From: Eledone cirrhosa
Lineage: Eukaryota
DNA length: 64,000 nucleotides
Direction: 5' to 3'
Assembly: GCA_964016885.1 (NCBI GenBank)
Contig: OZ024763.1
Coordinates: 17,670,001-17,734,000 of the forward strand
Part shown: piece by piece, positions 59,173-64,000 of the stretch
Position numbering within the stretch: the first letter of the stretch is position 1
Layout of the letters: the number at the start of each line of letters is the position of its first letter
The notes under the pieces: generated by a model
Database searches by the model: none
Told to the model about the DNA's origin: nothing
The model's input: the letters and a program-made list of their open reading frames with translations, nothing else
Made by a program: the position numbers and the translations under genes

Positions 59173-61684
59173 ATCCTGGAATTCTGTGACGCAAATAACC
59201 TAACTATCTGTAACACTCACTTCAAAAAACGAGGCAATCACCTGATCACCTATAGATGAGGGGAACACGCCAGTCAGATAGATTATATCCTTACCAGAAG
59301 ACGTGACAGAGTGTCTGTTGTAAACACTAAATCCCTCCCCCATGAAGAATGCACCTCCCAACATAGCCTCATAGTTAGCAACCTCATAGTCAGGACAAGA
59401 CGTACTCGACAACGGAGGAGGACTATCCTCAGGAGAAAAATATGGAAGCTAAAAGACCCCACAGCCAGTAATAAATTTAAAAGCATATTACTTGATGCTT
59501 TTGACAATAAGGAAGAGCAATTAGAGTCGTACAATATAGAGGAACAGTGGGAATTCCTGAAAGCTAACCTGCTGAAGGCGGCAGATGATATCTGTGGCTG
59601 AGCAGGCCTATAGGCAGGAGGAGAGTAACGTGGTGGTGTAACAGTAAGGTGGAGGAGTTAATTAAGGCCAAAAAGCAGGCTTGGAAAGTATGTCGGGATG
59701 GGGGAAGTAGAGAAGACTATCAAGTGGCCAGGAGGGAAGCTAGGAGACAAATGTACTTTGCAAGAAGGGAAGCAGAGGGAAGAAAGTTCAAGCATGTTCT
59801 ACAACGCGAGGACCAAAAACGTGAGGTGTTCAGGATTGCTAGGCAATGTGTCAAGGAAAACCATGATATTGTCAGGGAGAAGTGTCTCCTTAATGATGAT
59901 GGTGTACTTGCCATCACTGACATTGATAAGAAGGTAGCTTGGAAGTGTCACTACGAAAGGCAACTAAATGAGGAGAATAAATGGGAGAAAGACAGTCTCC
60001 CCCACATCGATCCAATAGAGGGACCAGTAGTACTAGTTGAAGGTAGTATAATAAGTAAAGCAATCAAAGATATGAAGACGGGTAAGGCGGCTGGGACTTC
60101 GAAAATAGTTGCTGAAATGCCGAAAGCATCTGGAACGGTGGGACACACTATGGTCACCCGGATAGTAAACCAAGTCATACAGAATGGGGTCGTTCCGAAG
60201 GACTGGCGTAGCAGCATCATCATTAACTGCTACAAGGGTAAAGGAGATGCCCTAGATAGGGGTAACTATAGAGGCATTAAATTAATCGACCAGGTCATGA
60301 AGGTCACAGAAAAAGTAATAGCGCAACTAATCAGAGAGAGAATTGATCTAGATGAAATGCAGTTCGGGTTTGTGTCAGGTAAAAATACCACAGTCGCTCT
60401 TTTCATTGTATGACAACTACAGGAGAAGTACCTAGAAGTAAACCCCTATACTTAGCTTTTATTGACTTGGAGAAAGCTTTTGACAGAGTCCCCTGCTCCA
60501 TTATCTGGTGGGCTCTTAGAAAACTAGGTGTTGATGAATGGCTTGTGAAAGCTATACAAGCCATGTATAAAGAAACAGTCAGCAAGGTTATAATTAACAA
60601 CGAATATAGTGAAGAGTTTAGCATAAAAGTTGTTCATCAGGGCTCCGTGCTTAGCCCCCTCCTATTTATTATTGCCCTTCAGGCTATAACAGAGGAGTTC
60701 AAGACCAGCTGCCCATGGGAACTCCTATATGCAGATGATCTAACGCTAATAGCTGAATCAATGGCCGAACTAGAGAAGAAATTCCAAACATGGAAGCATG
60801 GCCTAGAATCAAAAGGCCTTAAAATTAACCTGTCTAAGACTAAAGTTCTAGTTTGTAGGAAGGAAAATAGGGCACCAGTCCCATCTGGGAAATGGCCATG
60901 CTTAGTGTGTAGGAAAGGAGTAGGCAGAAACTCCATTTTATGTCCCAAATGCAAAGTATGGGTGCATAAAAGATGTAGTTGGATCACAGGTAAGCTAACT
61001 AAGAATATATATTTTATATGTGGCCGGTGCTCTGGTGCAATAAGTAGCAGCAAGTGCCCACAGAATACTAGCTCATTCCATTGCACAGATGGTTCTATAG
61101 AAATAGTGGACACCTTCCGTTACCTGGGTGACAAAATCAGCAGTGGTGGAGGGTGCTCTGAAAGTACAGTAGCTAGAGTCAGAACGGGATGGAAAAAGTT
61201 CAGAGAGCTTATACCACTATTGGCCGCTAAAGGGTTTTCTCTAAAAATGAAAGGCAGGCTGTATGATGCCTGCATACAAACAGCAATGTTACATGGCAGT
61301 GAGACCTGGGCATTGTGTGCAGATAATATACGCAGACTGGAAAGGAACGAAGCTTGCATGCTCCGCTGGATGTGTAATAGTATAATATGTGAACGGCAAA
61401 GCATAAGCGAACTAAGAGAGAAATTAGGAATAAGAGGGATCAGATGCTGTTTACTCGAGAGAAGACTACGTTGGTATGGTCACGTGAAGCGCATGAAAGA
61501 TGACAGCTCTATAAAAAAGTGCAGGGCGATAAAAATAGACGGTAGCCACGGAGTAGGCAGACCCAGAAAAACCTGGGACGACTTGATAAATTCCGACCTC
61601 ACACACTTACACCTCTCCAAGACAATCTCACTGGACCGAGATCTTTGGCGCTACACAGTAATACAGAAGACCCGCCTTGCCTAA
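59173..61684 (+). pseudogene. Disrupted APE-RT polyprotein of the RTE LINE
   Basis: Pieces 59311-59601, 59649-60413 and 60410-61684 of the ORF track, separated by stops and frameshifts. Confidence 0.9.
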
Positions 61685-62073
61685 GTACAAAGCGAAACCT
61701 ACAATCAGTAGGCACCTCTAACAAAAATACACACCCGTCCCACTATCCCACCACCCCCACCCCATCCACACCACCCCTTTCTATGTAAAGTTATGTTGGT
61801 ACCACAACATCCAGTCCGAAACAAATGAGGGCGTGTAGGTGTCACGACAAAAAAACACACAGTCCACGCTGTAATGTGGCCGTGTAGGTAACGGTAAAAA
61901 CCTCCCAGTTCCACACTGTAAACGTGGTTGGTGTTAGAAAGGGCATCCAGCCATAGAAAACCCGCCAGACAGTCCTATACGAGCAAGACAACCAATCTTG
62001 CCTCAAGTGGGAAAATTCCCGTCTAAACCCATGCTAGCATGGAAGATGGACATTAAACGATGATGATGATGAT
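59173..62073 (+). mobile_element. RTE-clade LINE, 5'-truncated and degraded
   Basis: APE C-terminus ([19 protein letters not shown]...SQIDYIL); RT motifs (YKGKGDALDRGNYRGIKL, QFGF, FIDLEKAFDRVP, HQGSVLSP, LLYADD); thumb YLGDKI, WYGHV, GRPRKTW. Stops and frameshifts near 59257, 59600 and 60410. The 3' UTR ends in (GAT)n. Confidence 0.92.
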
Positions 62074-62256
62074 ACACATATGTATATATATATATATATA
62101 TACATACACATATATATATGTGTATATATATATATATATCAGAAAGTATGTGGTAAAAACCCGCTAGACCATAACCCACCAGATCTAAACTAGCTGTCAA
62201 AATGGCGTGAGTTCATCTGTCGGGGTCCTGAATCTTTTCATATATATATATATATA

Positions 62257-62733
62257 TCATCATCATCGTTTTACGTCCGTTCTTCCACGCTAGCATGGGT
62301 TAGACGGGTTGTCCTGTTGTGTGCAGTGTCTGGTCGGCTGACCATGCCTTGCTCATACAGGAACTGATCTGGCTTGATTTCTACAGCTGGATGCCCTTCC
62401 TAACACCAACCTCACTTACAGTGGGTGCTGGGTGCTTTTTCGTGGCGCCTACACGTCCACTTTACAGTGTGGGCTGGGTGCTTTTTTGCCGTGGTACCTC
62501 CACGACCACCTTGCGGTGGGGGCATATTGTTTATATGCTTCAGCATGTACCCATGGGAGGTCGGGTACTCTGTATTACTGCGTGATGCCAGAAGTCACGG
62601 TCATGTGTCATTGTCTTTGAGAGGTGTAATTGGGTAAGGTCGGCTTTTATCACCTCATCCCAGGTCATCTTGGGTCTCCCCACTCCGCGGTTTCCATCAA
62701 CTTCTAGTGCTCTGCACCTTTTTATGCAGCTGT
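62257..62733 (-). mobile_element. 3' fragment of a sister RTE subfamily
   Basis: CIKRCRALEVDGNRGVGRPKMTWDEVIKADL...QSTRP plus a tail ending in (GAT)n. Confidence 0.8.
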
Positions 62734-63193
62734 TATATATATATATATAATATTTTTTTTTTGGTCGTTTTGGAAGCCTCAACAATGGGTAAATCTCCGG
62801 GTAACAGAATCCGGTGGTGAAGAGAGAGATGTAAGGGAATGTAGAATGAGATGTATAGTGTGTAGAGGAACATAGGAAAGAGCGTAAAAAATAAAAATAA
62901 TAACACGAGATAGAGTTACCTTGGGAGAGATTGAATTGTCCCTAGCAGACAAGAGAGGCCACGTACCGTTCCTCTCCAATAGATAACTTTCTCCCCCCGG
63001 AAAACCCCCCAGTTGATGGGTGTGAATCCGAAATATAGGGACAATTAAATCTCTCCCAAGGTAGACACTATACATCTCATTCTACATTCCCTTACATCTC
63101 TCTCTTCACCACCGGATTCTGTTACCCGGAGATTTACCCATCTGCATTGTTGAGGCTTCCAAAATGACCCAAAAAAATATATATATATATATA

Positions 63194-63535
63194 TCATCAT
63201 CATCATTTCATTTTACGTCCGCTTTTTCCCTGCTTGCAAGGGTGGGACGGGAACTGATTCTGGCTTGATTTCTACAGCTGGATGCCCTTCCTAACACCAA
63301 CCTCATTTACAGTGAGTGCTGGGTGCTTTTTTGCCGTGGCACCTCCACGACCACTTTGCAGTGGAATGATAGGGACCCCAGTCCCTATCATCTCATTTCT
63401 ACAGCTGAGTAAACTGGAGCAATGTGAAATAAAGTGTCTTGCTCAAGGAAACAACACATCACCCGGTCTGAGAATTGAACTCACAACCTTTCGATTGCAA
63501 GACCAATGCTCTAACCACTAAGCCATGTGCCTCCA
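63194..63535 (-). mobile_element. SINE family B
   Basis: Full-length reverse-complement match. Confidence 0.85.
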
Positions 63536-63842
63536 ATATATATATATGAAAAGATTCAGGACCCCGACAGATGAACTCACGCCATTTCACTTCCAAAACG
63601 ACCCCCCAAAAAATGTTATTATTCCACAATGCTTCAAGCAAACTTCAATACTCTCATATATATATATATATATATATATTGTTATACTTGGGGAGGGTCA
63701 TATTGTTATAATATTGGCAGAAATAACAACAGAACACATTCACTGTTTGGTTGGTTTTCGCTTCTGTACCTTTTATATCTCCATAGTTAATTTATTTGGC
63801 AATCAATGTTTATCATTGATTGACCAATTGTTAAAAACACAG

Positions 63843-63873
<31 letters not shown>

Positions 63874-64000
63874 GTCTATCAAAGTTCTTTTGTCACACAT
63901 CTACAACATCATCAGTGGTACTATTATGTTTCCTCCCATTGTAATGCAATGTCTATTCCATTTATATTTTATTCATTTATTTATTTCTTCTTGTCTCTGT

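Overview
Eukaryotic (animal) non-coding DNA, very rich in repeats. The SINE families and microsatellite load suggest a coleoid cephalopod such as Octopus (inference). I find no intact host gene; the long ORFs in the track are artefacts of simple repeats. The window contains one degraded RTE-clade LINE (59.2-62.1 kb) and 3' fragments of further non-LTR retrotransposons (RTE, Expander/Rex3-like, R4/Dong-like, CRE-like). It also holds an internally deleted DD37D (maT) transposon, TTAA-flanked piggyBac-type MITEs, hAT and mariner MITEs, and many tRNA-derived SINEs. About ten tandem arrays are present, most of them grown from sequence inside transposons. The most notable signal is three complete type I hammerhead ribozyme folds (15733-15793 +, 22561-22621 -, 35746-35800 -) in short 260-340 bp non-coding elements of retrozyme/Penelope type, one with a compensatory U3-A8 core, plus degenerate relatives. 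Coordinates were read by eye and element edges are approximate.
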